Shown here one piece after another: positions 33,901 to 45,085 of a stretch of 64,000 bases of DNA. The notes beneath the pieces are model-generated. The model was not told where the DNA came from. It saw only the letters and a list, made by a program, of their open reading frames with translations, and searched no databases. Source of the DNA: Neophaeotheca triangularis. Its lineage: Eukaryota. Position 1 is the first letter of the stretch. Each line of letters opens with the position of its first letter. A program made the position numbers and the translations under genes. The stretch is from positions 682,001 to 746,000 of the forward strand of contig BAAIJX010000005.1 in the NCBI GenBank assembly GCA_054600435.1, read 5' to 3'.

Positions 33901-35581
33901 GGATGACTTCAGGCAGAATGTGCATGCGCCGGAACTGTTGCTCAATCTACTCCAGAAGCGCAACGAGTTTAGAGCCCAGAGAGGTCGAGTCGGTTCCCTC
34001 CGCGGCTTGATTCAAGAGGTCCGCCAGCTTGAAGGGAATATGGACCTGCAGATTGGTAGCGCTCGAGCTCAGGCTGAACAATCGCTCGCAAAGGGCCACC
34101 TCACTGCTCTTCAATCCATCTTGACTTCGTTCACCAAGGCTCTTGAAGGCTTTGAAAAGGAGCTTGATCTTTTCCGATCTACGCAGAACCAACGTCTCGA
34201 ATTTTACCGTCAATTGCAAGAGCTGTCGGATGATGTGGCGCCTTGGAAAGAGGAGCTCGACGAACACCTCGATCTGGCCGCTTTTGAGGCCGCTAAAGCA
34301 CGAGAGAATTCCCTCACGAACTCCCTCAACAAATTACGTACCAAACATCGTTTCCTGGTCAACTTACGCGATGAGTCTGGGTCCACTGAGGGTCCGAGAA
34401 CCTGCGTTATCTGCCAAGGCACCTTTGAAAACGGCGTCTTGACTGTCTGTGGCCACCAATACTGCAAAGAATGCATCCAGCACTGGTGGTCTCAGCACAA
34501 AACCTGCCCAGTCTGCAAGCGCCACCTAGTAACCGCCGACTTCCACAACATAACCTACAAACCCCGTGAAATCCGCGCCAAAGAAGAAGAAGCGTCCTCA
34601 ACCAGCCCCACCAAACCCCGAGCCTCCTCCTCCACGTCCCCCACTACGGACGAAAACCGCTCAATCTACACCTCCCTCCCGACCCACCTCCTCAGCGAGA
34701 TCAAGTCCTACGACCTCCCCAACAGCTACGGCACCAAAATCGACACTCTCTCGCGCCACCTTCTTTGGCTCCGCACCCACGACCCGGGCGCCAAATCCAT
34801 CGTCTTCAGCCAATACAGCGAATTTCTCGACGTGCTGGCCTCGGCCTTCAAGAACTTCCGCATCGGTCACGCCCGTCTGGCCCATAACCGTGCCACGGCC
34901 GTGGAGAAGTTCCGACACGATCCTAGCGTTGACGCCTTACTATTGGACGCCAAGACGGATTCCTCGGGCTTGACTCTTGTCGAGGCCACGCATGTCTTCA
35001 TGTGCGAGCCGCTTGTTCAGACGGCGGTGGAGGCACAAGCGGTTGCCAGGGTCCATCGTATCGGGCAGAAGCGCGCGACGACGGTGTGGATGTATCTCGT
35101 CGAGGGAACCGTGGAAGAGGCAGTCTATGATTTAAGCGTGCAGAGAAGACTAAAGCACGTCACGAAGAGCGAGAGCGGTGAATACCCCGGCAAGGCAGAG
35201 GCGAGACGAAAGGCAAGCTCCGGAGCCTCGACGCCTAGGGGTTTGGACGCTCTGAACCAGAATGCCCTCGACGCGGCCGATTCGGCTGAATTGCAGAGTG
35301 CGCCTTTGACCAAGTTGCTTGATGCCGGTAAGACTGGGGGCGAGCACGTTCAGGAGGGCGATTTGTGGACGTGTCTTTTTGGCCGGCCAGGGGGGAATAG
35401 TGGTGCGGGCTCGGGGATTCCTGTTGGGAGGGATGGGGAAGATGGGGAGGTGAGTAGATTTGTCAGGGGGGAGGCTGCCGAGATGAGGCGTGCGGGTGAG
35501 CTTGCTGGGGTTGAACAGGGTCATGCGGTCGGTGGTGCTGAGGTGCGAGGGAATGGGGATGCGGATGTGGATCGGGAGTGA
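30968..35581 (+). CDS. SNF2-family helicase with RING finger, IRC20/SHPRH-like E3 ligase (true start may be ATG 31142)
   Basis: LYPFQKRAVAWM, GGILAEEMGLGKT, WWRICLDEAQMVE, WAVSGTP, RLRQTCLHPQVG, a RING finger CVICQ...CGHQYCKEC...CPVCK, and helicase C-terminal motifs KSIVFSQY and QAVARVHRIGQ. Confidence 0.9.
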   Translation: MARTTQASRWKTHRRPASPPPTKWTQPFKQHVVATVFSTRVLSYDGESIIVEAGGYQPMAWFLEHGSQDPIDTQEPPKKKRKTADDVPATPPAGIPVARTTIDFHFPETLTTKPAKGNALKDDVDFEGAREVSVELNEVTPDEAGTRIKLSLDMMKGAVIELEVDQLPVDVGQRLQEISRGRGSPLKALSCNFKLLRSSGQLYTVVRLEAALEWADGVSSFDYQPWEYRQFNRRDQTLKQFYPETGMAPIESLSAGTSDFYDSLHVPSKEAQHVPDVLESELYPFQKRAVAWMLGREGQSQDTVPLWSQVEDADGRPCFVSHIYHTISLSPPPVSTLSGGILAEEMGLGKTVELMALISLNKRPTSDAEDIEIAGFDKPIKRSKATLIITPPSILPQWISELTNHGPSLKVLHYEGVTSTGKNKNNKSEAELVDEICNDYDVVLITYPILGKEIHFAEDPPQRNMRQGRKYERKRSPLVLVEWWRICLDEAQMVETGVSAAARVACRLPRVNSWAVSGTPLKKNLADLQGLLIFLRLAPFNTDTKLWKYLVSHHKHLFRQLFSTIAMRHTKVLVREDLRLPPQKRIVITMPFTALEQQRYSQLFEEMCNEIGMTSDGAPAYDDWEPEEHAAAMRGWLVRLRQTCLHPQVGTHNRRALGRGQGPLRTVEEVLHVMIEQNELTTRTEERSLVEVQLTRAHVLANVKDDEHRSKKALRVYEVAMERSAEIVQDARDRLKQAIREQADTTKNTSDSDSDGSPEISTAVARLKNNVKTALALHHACVFFTANATFQIKAAEHLTPPDSDRFRDLEERETNLYETAKRVRQEILRHASERADKLTQRIKGTGTSMTKPPVLKDLESSGGIESRRVVEKSDELFDLLRDQAAVIVEWREKMAEYLSKPLVDQDEEGQETTGEEYEDSTKLQDELFAYFDAFKAMLADLNTFVTGEDAPLTDHEVKGLIKAGKALLSGPAQVLDPKDDFRQNVHAPELLLNLLQKRNEFRAQRGRVGSLRGLIQEVRQLEGNMDLQIGSARAQAEQSLAKGHLTALQSILTSFTKALEGFEKELDLFRSTQNQRLEFYRQLQELSDDVAPWKEELDEHLDLAAFEAAKARENSLTNSLNKLRTKHRFLVNLRDESGSTEGPRTCVICQGTFENGVLTVCGHQYCKECIQHWWSQHKTCPVCKRHLVTADFHNITYKPREIRAKEEEASSTSPTKPRASSSTSPTTDENRSIYTSLPTHLLSEIKSYDLPNSYGTKIDTLSRHLLWLRTHDPGAKSIVFSQYSEFLDVLASAFKNFRIGHARLAHNRATAVEKFRHDPSVDALLLDAKTDSSGLTLVEATHVFMCEPLVQTAVEAQAVARVHRIGQKRATTVWMYLVEGTVEEAVYDLSVQRRLKHVTKSESGEYPGKAEARRKASSGASTPRGLDALNQNALDAADSAELQSAPLTKLLDAGKTGGEHVQEGDLWTCLFGRPGGNSGAGSGIPVGRDGEDGEVSRFVRGEAAEMRRAGELAGVEQGHAVGGAEVRGNGDADVDRE

Positions 35582-36360
35582 AGGCGTGGTTTGTTATATT
35601 GATACCCCTACGGCGATTGCTAGTCTCGGAATTTTACTTGTGGCGTCAATGACCGACTAAACGAGACGATATGGTTGATAACCGCGTTACTTGAAGAAAT
35701 GTAAAGTGAGCAACTTCATCTCATAAACCCACAGCGGACCGAATCAACACAGCTCGAACCCGCTCCCGGTCGGCGAGTCTGATGTCCAGCTCGTGGTTTT
35801 AGACAGATAGACTCGAATGCGCTCGATTCGAAGGGAAAGGCAGGGCAGGGCAGGACAGGGCTCAACCAAGCCTCTCCGCCCGGAGTTCAAGGGCGCCCTT
35901 GCCATAACGTGGCGGCTAAGGTACGCGCCCGGAGTTGTCTCGACTCGAGGGAGGGAGGGAGGGAGGTTTCGGTGCATGGGATTTGGGGGTGGGGGGCCTG
36001 GGACTTGTGGGACTGTTCTGTCTACTACCGTTACAATTTTAGGCTGAGAGTTTGCGGTACGTCTGTCTGCCGCTATTGCGACGCTTCGTTTCTTCATCGT
36101 TACTATCAAAGGGAGAGGATTGGGGTGGAAAGGATCTTTGACCCGTGAGGATGCCCGTCGGCCTTTGCGAAAAGAGGAGTCGTGGAAATTAGCTAATTAG
36201 TCTACGTAAAAGGTCGACCGGAGTAGCAAAGGAAAAGGAATCTCGGCCGTGATGTCGTTGATATCCATAAAAAGCCCCCGTTGGTTCGTTGGTTCGTTCG
36301 TCGGTTCGTTGTCCAAGGCCAACCAGCAGCCAGAGATTTAGCCAAGTGCATGACCAAATC

Positions 36361-39218
36361 TCAACTCGCCCCGGGAGGCAAGTGGAGAAAAGGCAGCAAA
36401 AACCTAGCGACCAAGCGGGAAGTGTAATCGCATTGGTTCTCGAGAGCGAAAGCCACGTCTTTGCGGCTTTGGAGGTGTTGGTCTGTGCGAGTAAATAGCG
36501 TCAGTCATCTCTGTCCACGGCAAAGAAATCAAAGTATTCCTTCCAGAGTAACGGAAAGAAGAGGCGAATACGTATGATAGGAGGAACTTACACTTCTCCT
36601 CCACCAACGCCCTAACCCCCTGGCAGAATTTCCTCTCAGCCGGATTGGTCAAGGGAGGCGTCTGGTTGCCAAAAGCGCCCTGACCCGTCCACTTCTTATC
36701 TCGATACTTGCACTGGAACAGTCCTACCAACAAACCCCAGCGCTCATCAATTCTCTCGCAAGCATTGCGCGCCTCAGCGACAGCCTCGACTTCGCTCTTC
36801 TCCCGCTTCTCCGCTTTGGCATCCGCCTGGATCAGCAGCGTGCGCTGCACCTCTTCCAACACCATGCCAAAACCTAGCATCATGCAAAAAGAGGGTAGCC
36901 ATGTTGAGGAGCGTTCGTGGGAGTTTTTGAGCGTTTGTTGCGCCCATTTGAGAATTTTGGTGTAGATGTTGTTGCGCAAGACGGAGAAGAAGAATTTGAG
37001 TTGGCGGTTGGCGAGGCGGGGGGAGGTGTGTCGGGGTAGGTGAGTGGGTCTGCGGGAGTGGTGGAGGTGGGTGAGGATGGAGGGATGGGTCTCTTCGAGG
37101 AGAGTCAGGGTGTGGCCCATAATGTAGGTTATTATCGTCATGCGGAGGATGTCTTTGAGGAGGAGTTGAAGCTGACAGAGAGAGCTGGTTAGCTGGGCCG
37201 GTCTTGGCTTGGGGGGAAGTGATTAGACTTACGTCGTAGTCGAGCTTCTTGGTCATGTAGAGGTCGCACATCAGATCTAGTAGTCTGGGTTGGAAATCGT
37301 CGATCTGGCTTTCCTCCTCGAAACACACCCAAGCAAAGTCTTGCAGATACTCATCGCTCATGAGTTGATCCAAGTAGTTCTGGAAATGGGCTTCGTCGCT
37401 CGTTTGCAGTTTCAATAGTCCCAGTGGCGGCGACCACTTTTCATGCCGCACAGATCTTCTCGATTCCACCTTTTGCAAGTACTGATACTGGTTGAGCAGC
37501 TCGTCGGTCCTCGGCTGAAACTCGTATACAGTCCATCGCAGCGCTTGGCCGTAGCCGCTGGTCAGATAGATGTCGACCGGTCGCGTTCGGTCCCAGCCGC
37601 TAACCTGCTCGCTTACACAATCTTCAATTGATTGCTTCTGATGCATCAAGGTCATGGAAGCTTGAGCTGCACGGTTAGCGCGGTCTATAGTTTGGCTACC
37701 GTTTTGTTACAGCACTTACGAGGTAGAAAGTCGAACACAAAGTCTGGCAGCTTTGAGCGATCACATCCGAAGAAATATGTCTGCCCCGTTTGTGCTTTCA
37801 TACACCTTTCGCACGGGTCGCCTCGACTACACTAATGCCTCGTCAGTACGAATGTAATTGCATGTGTGAAGATGATGAATGTTTCCTACAGGATCTCGCT
37901 GCAGTGCACACCGCCAGCACGCAGTTTTCTTGCGCATAAGTAAGACTTCCTCTCTCTTTGTCGGTTTGAGTGAACTTCTCAGCGGTCTCCCTCCCTTATT
38001 CTTGGGCTTCCCATTAGCTTTCGACTTCCGCTTCGTGAGTGGCGATGACGGAGGTGTCTGGGGGGGCTCCTTCTTCAGAAAAGGCTGTATTGGCTTGGGT
38101 GAACGCTTGGCAGGCTGCACATTCTCTTCTTCAGGCTCCGCTTCTGGGTTTTGATCTCTCACGCGAGCTTCTTGTCTCTCGCGCTGCTCCTGTATGCGTC
38201 GAGCATGTTGCTCTTGTTTGGTCGGTGAAGGTGGGGCAGGGGCCACTGGTAGGCTCGGAGGCTGTGGTGCTGGCTGGACTTGAGGCTGAGGTGAGTAAAT
38301 CATACAGCCTCCAATCCCGGGAAACGTATTGTTATGACCGTATCCATACGAGTTTGTGTAGTGTGGAAGCTCGCTAGGAAAGTTGGGGATCATGTCCATC
38401 GCCATGGAACCGTTGAATGGATACCCGGAGACAGCAGGTTCGTTGATGTTCATTGGTAGCGGCAGGGGCATGTTATTGCCGTAGACTTCTCCGCTGTAAG
38501 ACACACTGTTACCAAAGAGGGAAGTACTGGTGCCGCCGTCAAAGAACCCGGAGCCCGACACTATGTCGCGGTCTTGATAGTCATCCATGGGAAAGTCATC
38601 GAAAGGGGCTCCATAGCCGGTGACAGACTCGTCACCGGCCTGGCTGTCTTGATTGTGAGACTGCATCCAAGGGAAGCTGTTGTTGTTGGAGTTGATTTGA
38701 ATCAAACTTGCATTAGGGACAAGGGATGAAGCCCTGGACTGTTGCTGCGAAGAGTTTTCTCCCGACAAGGAGGCGGGTCCGATCGCGTGCCGAATTCCAG
38801 ACGGACAGTCGTCCGAAGGACTTGGTACGTAGACATAGCCGTCGGAGGAGCTGATAAAGGAGCCCACGGACGCAGGATAGCTGCTTCGGTTGGATTCGTC
38901 GGCAGTGTTATATTGTCCATATCGATGAGGTAGACGGACTGCTGAATTACTGGATGACGGCGTGTAGATCGTCGACCTCGGGGAGAGCGAAGGGGTTTCT
39001 TGTCGATGATGAGAGGCTCCCGTCACAGATGCGGAAGGCGGTGTTCCCGAAAAGACAGCCTCAACATCTGAGGATGAGCTTGGCTCTGTGTCCTCAGCAG
39101 AGAAGTCGAACATTTGTTCGAATCGTTGCTTTGCAGTCAATTCCTCCGTCAAGAACAAATTGTCCAAACTCGCAAAATCGAGGACGACAGGCGCCATAGC
39201 GCTCATGGTCGTAGACAT
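36361..39218 (-). CDS. Putative fungal Zn-cluster transcription factor; exons 39218-37890, 37831-37720, 37666-37233, 37171-36592, 36482-36361
   Basis: Four canonical introns (37832-37889, 37667-37719, 37172-37232, 36483-36591) join separate ORFs into one frame. The product has a basic region (KGGRPLRS...MRKKTA), then CWRCALQRDP|CSRGDPCERC...C, and a helical C-terminal domain (SPRLANRQLKFFF). Confidence 0.8.
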
Positions 39219-39588
39219 AGGTGTCAGCCGGTGAGCGTGAGACCCAGTGGGCCAAAAGGAGTCGTGCGGGAATCGGTTAAAACGATCCTCCCGTGCAAAG
39301 TTGGCGACGTTTTTGCGTCGTATGATGGTGTCTTCTTTGCTGGAAGGGAGTCGTAAGTGAGGCTGAGACCGGTGAGACGTAGATGGGCGGCCTCAGGCTC
39401 ACAAGGATGCTGCGCCCCACTCTGCAGTCGGCGACGATTGGTCCTTTCTTCACCGGTCGAGTAGCTGAAATTCAAGAAATTTGGTATTTCCGATGGAGAA
39501 GGTTGTGGAGATGGAGAAAAGTCGCTTGAAGTGAAGAGACAAAGGAGATAGTACTACCTGGTATCAACCTTGGTCTTCCGGGCGCAAG

Positions 39589-39589
<1 letters not shown>

Positions 39590-39619
<30 letters not shown>
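39590..39619. repeat. (TG)n microsatellite
   Basis: About 15 TG units. Confidence 0.92.
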
Positions 39620-39623
<4 letters not shown>

Positions 39624-40010
39624 AGTGCGCAGTGGTATATATTGATTAATGATCTGCACAGCCAACACGCATTGCATGAAGACAGCCTTGGAAGTCACAG
39701 CTCAGCCCGTTATCGAGGTACTTAAGCGAACGACTCGAGCCATGGTTTGGACGAGGTGATTAGCGGAGAAGAGAGGATATGGGTCTTACCTCCTACATGG
39801 CTGGAAGTGTTGCCTGCGGTGCGGGGCATTTTGGAACGTCGGACGGATCATGCTGGTTGCGCAGTATATGCAGTTGTATATTCTTGACTTGAGCGGTACT
39901 GTAGCAAAGCCGTGGACAGCGAGTACTATGTAGGTATAGGGACTGGAAGGGAGAAAGGGACCTGGAAGTTGCAGGTGCCCTTCTAGCATCCATGTTTCTG
40001 CCTGGACGGT

Positions 40011-40046
40011 CGTGACACGTGACTCGTGACACGTGACTGCACGTGT
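40011..40046. promoter_or_regulatory. Cluster of three CACGTG E-boxes, two of them GTCACGTG on the minus strand, in a divergent promoter
   Basis: CACGTGAC at 40016-40023 and 40030-40037, and CACGTG at 40040-40045. Function is inferred from the motif only. Confidence 0.5.
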
Positions 40047-40657
40047 CGGATAACCCAAACTCGTACCCTACCTTGGAGAAGGAGGCTACTAGGCTCCTAG
40101 GCTAGGAGCCAGGTCCGACCGGAATGCTCCCGAAGGATCGGCAAGCGTGTTAAGGTTAGCTATACGGTATACCTAGGTACATGGGTACTAGTAGTAGCAC
40201 AGTAGTACCTATATTGGCCATGGCCGAGTCTAGAGCGGGAGACGAAGCCGTGCATCTTCGATTCTTCTAAATACTAGTATTAATATTATCCAAATACTTC
40301 CAGATTCCAGCCTCCCGTCTCCATCACCAAAAACGAGGCGAATCTGCTTCTTCCCAGTAACTTGACTTATCTTAGTGTGTACAGTGTGCGCCGTCAAAGC
40401 AAGGAAGAGACCCTCCTCTCCTGCAGCCCGACACAACAAGTCAACGATAATTCTGCTTTACTTTAGACCGACGACCCCTCCAACTTATTCCTCTCCTCTC
40501 CTCTCCCCTTCCCTTCCCTTCCCTTCCCTGACAATGACCTTCTGGCCCCGTCCCTTCACCTCACACAACACCCGACAGGACCCTTTGTGGCTTGTACAAG
40601 GCGCAACAAGCCCTGGTTGAACACTCGCTTGTTGACTCGCCAGCCAGATAAGCGAAC

Positions 40658-41957
40658 ATGCATTACAGTAAGCCATCACCATCATCACTCTATCAGATGC
40701 TGCTTGACATTTCGTCGCTGACCACCCCATCACCTTACAGTCCGCTTCCTCAAACTGCCCAAGGTGCAAGTCGACAAGAACAACATCACCCTCAAGGCCG
40801 TCGTCACAATCACCACCGATCTCGGCGAGACTTTCCACCCCGAAGACCTCACCCTCGTCGCTTCATTACGATCCCCTGATACTGGGGGCGAGATATATCT
40901 GCGGCGCAAAGTTGAATGGACTGGCAGCGACGGCGCACGATCGCTCCCAATCACCCTCGACCTCTCCCGCTCCGACACAGATTGGCCGGCGTGTCTGCAT
41001 GTGTCAGCAAAACTAGACAACCGACAAGAGCATCGCGGCAAGCCATCAGCCGACAACTTCCTCCCACCTATTCTCGACGTCTGGAGTGGCCTTCTCAATC
41101 CAACAAAAGGCCAGTTCGACTCCGGAGGCCGAGTCGAACGCCGATTCACCGCCCTCTCAGAACGCCAACTCTCCATCCTTGAAGACGCCGGCGACAGCAT
41201 AGCCCGACACCTCTGGGACGGCAGCCTCGCCCTAACCCAGCACATCGACCAAACCATCGCCCTATCCCATACCACCACCAACCTCCCCCTCCTCGAATAT
41301 GTCCTAGTCTCCGCCACTTACCGCCGTCTCCACGTCCTCGAACTCGGCTGCGGCGTCGGTATCGTAGGCCTGAGCCTTGCTCAAGCCATCCCAGATAGCG
41401 ACATCATCCTCACCGACCTCCCAGAAGCCTCGGACATTGTCCACGCCAACATCGCACGCATGAATGCCGCCATCAACAGCAAATGCGCCTTCCAGCCCCT
41501 CGACTGGCTCGACGCCCCTACCCTCCCAGACAAACTCACAACCCGCACCAACGACCTCATCATCGTCAGCGAATGCACCTACAACACGGATACCCTCCAA
41601 CCGCTCGTGCAAACCCTGCAAGCCCTAATCAAACGCTCACCCAAAGCCGTCATCGTCGTCGCGACCAAAACCCGCCACAGCTCCGAATCCGCATTCTTCG
41701 ACATGATGGCCCAGGCTGGTTTCGTCGACGACGGCAAGCTACGAATCCCACTCCCCGGCATTCCTGGACAGGGCTACGCCGACTCGGCCGCTGACGTCGG
41801 TGTCCATATTTTTCACGGTAAAGAGCATCGCTTGAGTTTGAGCCCGAGGGAGAGTCAGGAGGACGGCGTGCCCAAGGTTCGGAAGCGGCATGAGGGTGCC
41901 GTAGCTGCGGGTGCGAGGGAGGGCAAGAGGAGGAGTTGGGCGAAGAGTTCTCGATGA
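40658..41957 (+). CDS. SAM-dependent methyltransferase, Methyltransf_16/METTL21-like (putative protein-lysine MTase); exons 40658-40667 and 40741-41957
   Basis: A 10-nt first coding exon and intron 40668-40740 (GTAAGC...GCTGAC...CAG) give MHYIRFLK. Motifs are DSIARHLWDGS, VLELGCGVGIVG, ILTDLPEA, LDW and DLIIVSECTYN. Confidence 0.88.
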
Positions 41958-43498
41958 TTGGGAGTTTCCCGGAGTTTGGATAAGGTAGCGTGAGGCTGCT
42001 CAATGGAAGGTTAGCGTTCGTGGGGGATCTGGGGATCCTATCTCTTTTCTTTGAGGATTGGGCTATGTTGCGTCATTTTACGAGCTTGGGTTATAAACCA
42101 TTTGGGCGCTATGGTATGATTTGGCATGGGATTTGCATTGGGAAAGGTAACACACTCTACACTGGCTGGCTGCTATGGATTGGGGAGTTTGGCGCTTCTC
42201 TATCTCCCGGCTTATGGGCTTGCATTTTCTGGAGAAAGGAAGTGAAGGGATTGCGCTTCTGGGTTAGGGCGGGAGTAAGGGATTGGAAGGTTCGCATGGG
42301 AGGGCTGGCATTGGATGGAGAGGATTGGATGCGATGGCATGGGATAGTGTCGGAAAGTATGGTATGGTTACACTGGCTTGAAATGTTTAGCTAGTGATGT
42401 AGAGGCTATGGCAACGCGGAATCGCGCGGCGTACCTACGATGTATGCGGTCAAGAATCAGTGATGTTCCTGTGGGATAATATGCAGTAGTCAAGGTAGTA
42501 GTAAAAGGCAGTGGTAAAAGCAGTAGTAAAGGCAAACCTAGCGAACTACCCGCTCAGATGATACACACGGTAGGCACCTTACCTTAGGTCCATAGTGTTG
42601 GCCAAAGATTCAGCGATAATGCATGCTCGTGGGAGACAAAGGACGAAGCCTGGTTTCTTTGCGCAAAGAAAGGGTCATCCCTGGATACATCCAGCTCATG
42701 GCCTGTCAGTGTTAGTAGATCGATCTGAGCGGAACGTTGATCTAGCGAAGAGAAGCGTTCCGGTCTCGTATAGTGAGAAGTCCGCGAATCCTTTGCTATG
42801 CCCTTTGAATTCGTGGGTCTGAGAATACGACTTTTAGCTATATACTTTAACGGTTCCGCCCTCTTCACCTCATATCAGCTATAGCGAATAGACAGCGAGC
42901 ATCCTTGCATAGCTCAAGTTCCCAATGCAAAAAGATATGAATTCCCCTCAAACTCAGCGAGCCCGCTAGAGTAGGTAGGTGTATCTCACTTTATACACTT
43001 CCCCCTAAGTCTAGAGAAAGAGCAAACAGGAAAGCCCCTAGTAACTTAAGCACTAGAGTGAAAGTAAACTCGGCCTATTGAAAGGATTGGTTTTCTTTAA
43101 ACACGGAAGTACTTAACGTCAGCGAACCGATAAACCGCCAGTCGCTAATTTAACGTCGTAACTGGGGGAGAGGATGGTGGCGGCCACGGGATTCGAGCTG
43201 TGGACTTCAGAGGGAAAGGGATCTGGAGGTTTTGGTTAGTCTCGTGTCCTGGTTGGAAGCTGTACTGGGTAGAGGGGGAAATATACCGACTGCGCCTTAA
43301 ATTTGATTCGAGGAAGGTTGAGTATATACATTCACTCCTTACCCCTGGAACCGTCTGCAGCCTCTCCTTTCCTATCCTTCCCTCTTCGAATCTCACGCTT
43401 ACTCCAGAATCCTCTCTCCCTACTCTATTCTCTTTCCAATCCTCTACTCTTTACGACACCATCATCCAAAACACCACAGCAACAGCCCAGCAGCGATC

Positions 43499-44271
43499 AT
43501 GGCACCAAAGCGAAGCCAATTCTTCCAAAACTTGAAAGCCGGCAAGCTCGCCAAAGCCTCTCCTGGCGTAAGTGAAGCATCCAAACCCCCGCTCGCCCCC
43601 GTCCCACTGCTAACTGCCCATCAGCAGCAAGCAGCCCCAGGCTCAGCCTTTCACCGTGAGAATACTGCCAACAAGTCCCGACAAGTCAAGTGGAGAGATT
43701 CTGACGATACGGCGACAGAACAACAAACAACCAACCGCGCCATCATCGCCGCACACGCTAGAGAAGATTACCTGAGCGGTCGAGGCGTAAGTCCGGAATT
43801 CTCAACATTTCACCAAGGAAAACCAAAATGCTGATATCTTAGCAGCGCAAAGTCACCAAGTCCAAGTCCAAGCCCAAGTCCAAGCCCAAAGCTCAAGCCC
43901 AGGGTCTCACGCTCCCATCGCCAGTTTCGACAGCCCCTGTTCGTCCGGTGGAGAAGTGGCGCCCAGTAGGAGGCCGCGCTTTCCCGCCATCAGCGCCTCC
44001 CAACTCAATACTCGCGGTCGCTCGGCTCCCGGTATTCAGGCTAACGACCTTTCTGGAAGATTTCAAGTCTGAGCTGGGATTATTACTGGACGAGACTCTG
44101 GTGATCGAGGAGACGGTGACGCGGGAGAAGCTGCTGAGCGACGGAGAGAAGGTCGTGGATGTTTTCATGCGGTTCCTGGATCGTGGGGCGGCGGGTAGGG
44201 TTATGGCTTTGATGGGGAACAGTATCGTGAGTGGTAGGATGGTGGCGATGGGGTTTGCGAGTGGGGACTAG
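43499..44271 (+). CDS. Hypothetical ~238-aa protein; exons 43499-43786 and 43843-44271
   Basis: Intron 43787-43842 (GTAAGT...GCTGAT...TAG) joins two ORF-track ORFs exactly in frame, and there is a pyrimidine-rich leader upstream. I recognise no domain. Confidence 0.62.
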
Positions 44272-44511
44272 GGGTAGATGCTATGATATGAATGGGTACG
44301 GGAGCGAGAAGGTAGAAGAGGAGAACGGCAACGAAGTGCTGGCAGTGTGAAGTAGAGCAGGTGGCCAAGTCAATTTTGCGGGACTGCTCCGAACTCAGCT
44401 CCCTAACGACTGTGGGATCAACACCAAAAAGGGGAGCAAAAAGAGTTCGTATCTTCCATGGTTCGAACATGGCATGGGGCCTCTTTGATTATCGGCGTGC
44501 ATGAACCGGGT

Positions 44512-44645
44512 GAGCACAAAGGCTCACTTTCATCGGAGACAAGGCTTCCACGAGTCGGAGGCAAATCTCTCTTCAGTCGAAGACAAGGCTCCTACAATTC
44601 AGAGACAAGGCTGTCTACAAGGCGGAGGCAAAGCTCCATCAAAGC
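44512..44645. repeat. Degenerate 22-23 bp tandem minisatellite, six units
   Basis: Units start at 44512, 44535, 44557, 44579, 44601 and 44624 and share a core resembling GAGACAAGGCT. Confidence 0.75.
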
Positions 44646-45085
44646 CGGCGTCCCGACTGCTCTTGCGGGCACAATGCACACTTGATCAAGATGCACCACT
44701 ACTGCGCCAAAGATCCATCTGCTGAGTAAGGGAGGTGGCGAGCAGTACTTGCGGTATTGATGGTACGAGAACGGCATGGACTTTAGATGTGAGGCGTGGA
44801 TGAGGACAGCCCTATTCGCGTGGCTCAGGGGGGAAGGAAACTGGCATGATACAGCTCGTGGACCTCGTCGAAGCTGTGACATCTTCCTGAACCAGGCGCA
44901 GGACCATCTTCTCGTCAGACATGCTGCACTTGCTGGGCCTGAAAGGGCTCAGATCTGTTCTGCTGTCTGACACCCCTGCCTGTCATTTGCCTAGATTGAA
45001 TAATCGACCGGACGATCGAGAGCCTTTTGTTTGGATGATCCTGCTCTTGTCTTGTCCATCCGTCAGAAGTTCCATCGTTGACACT

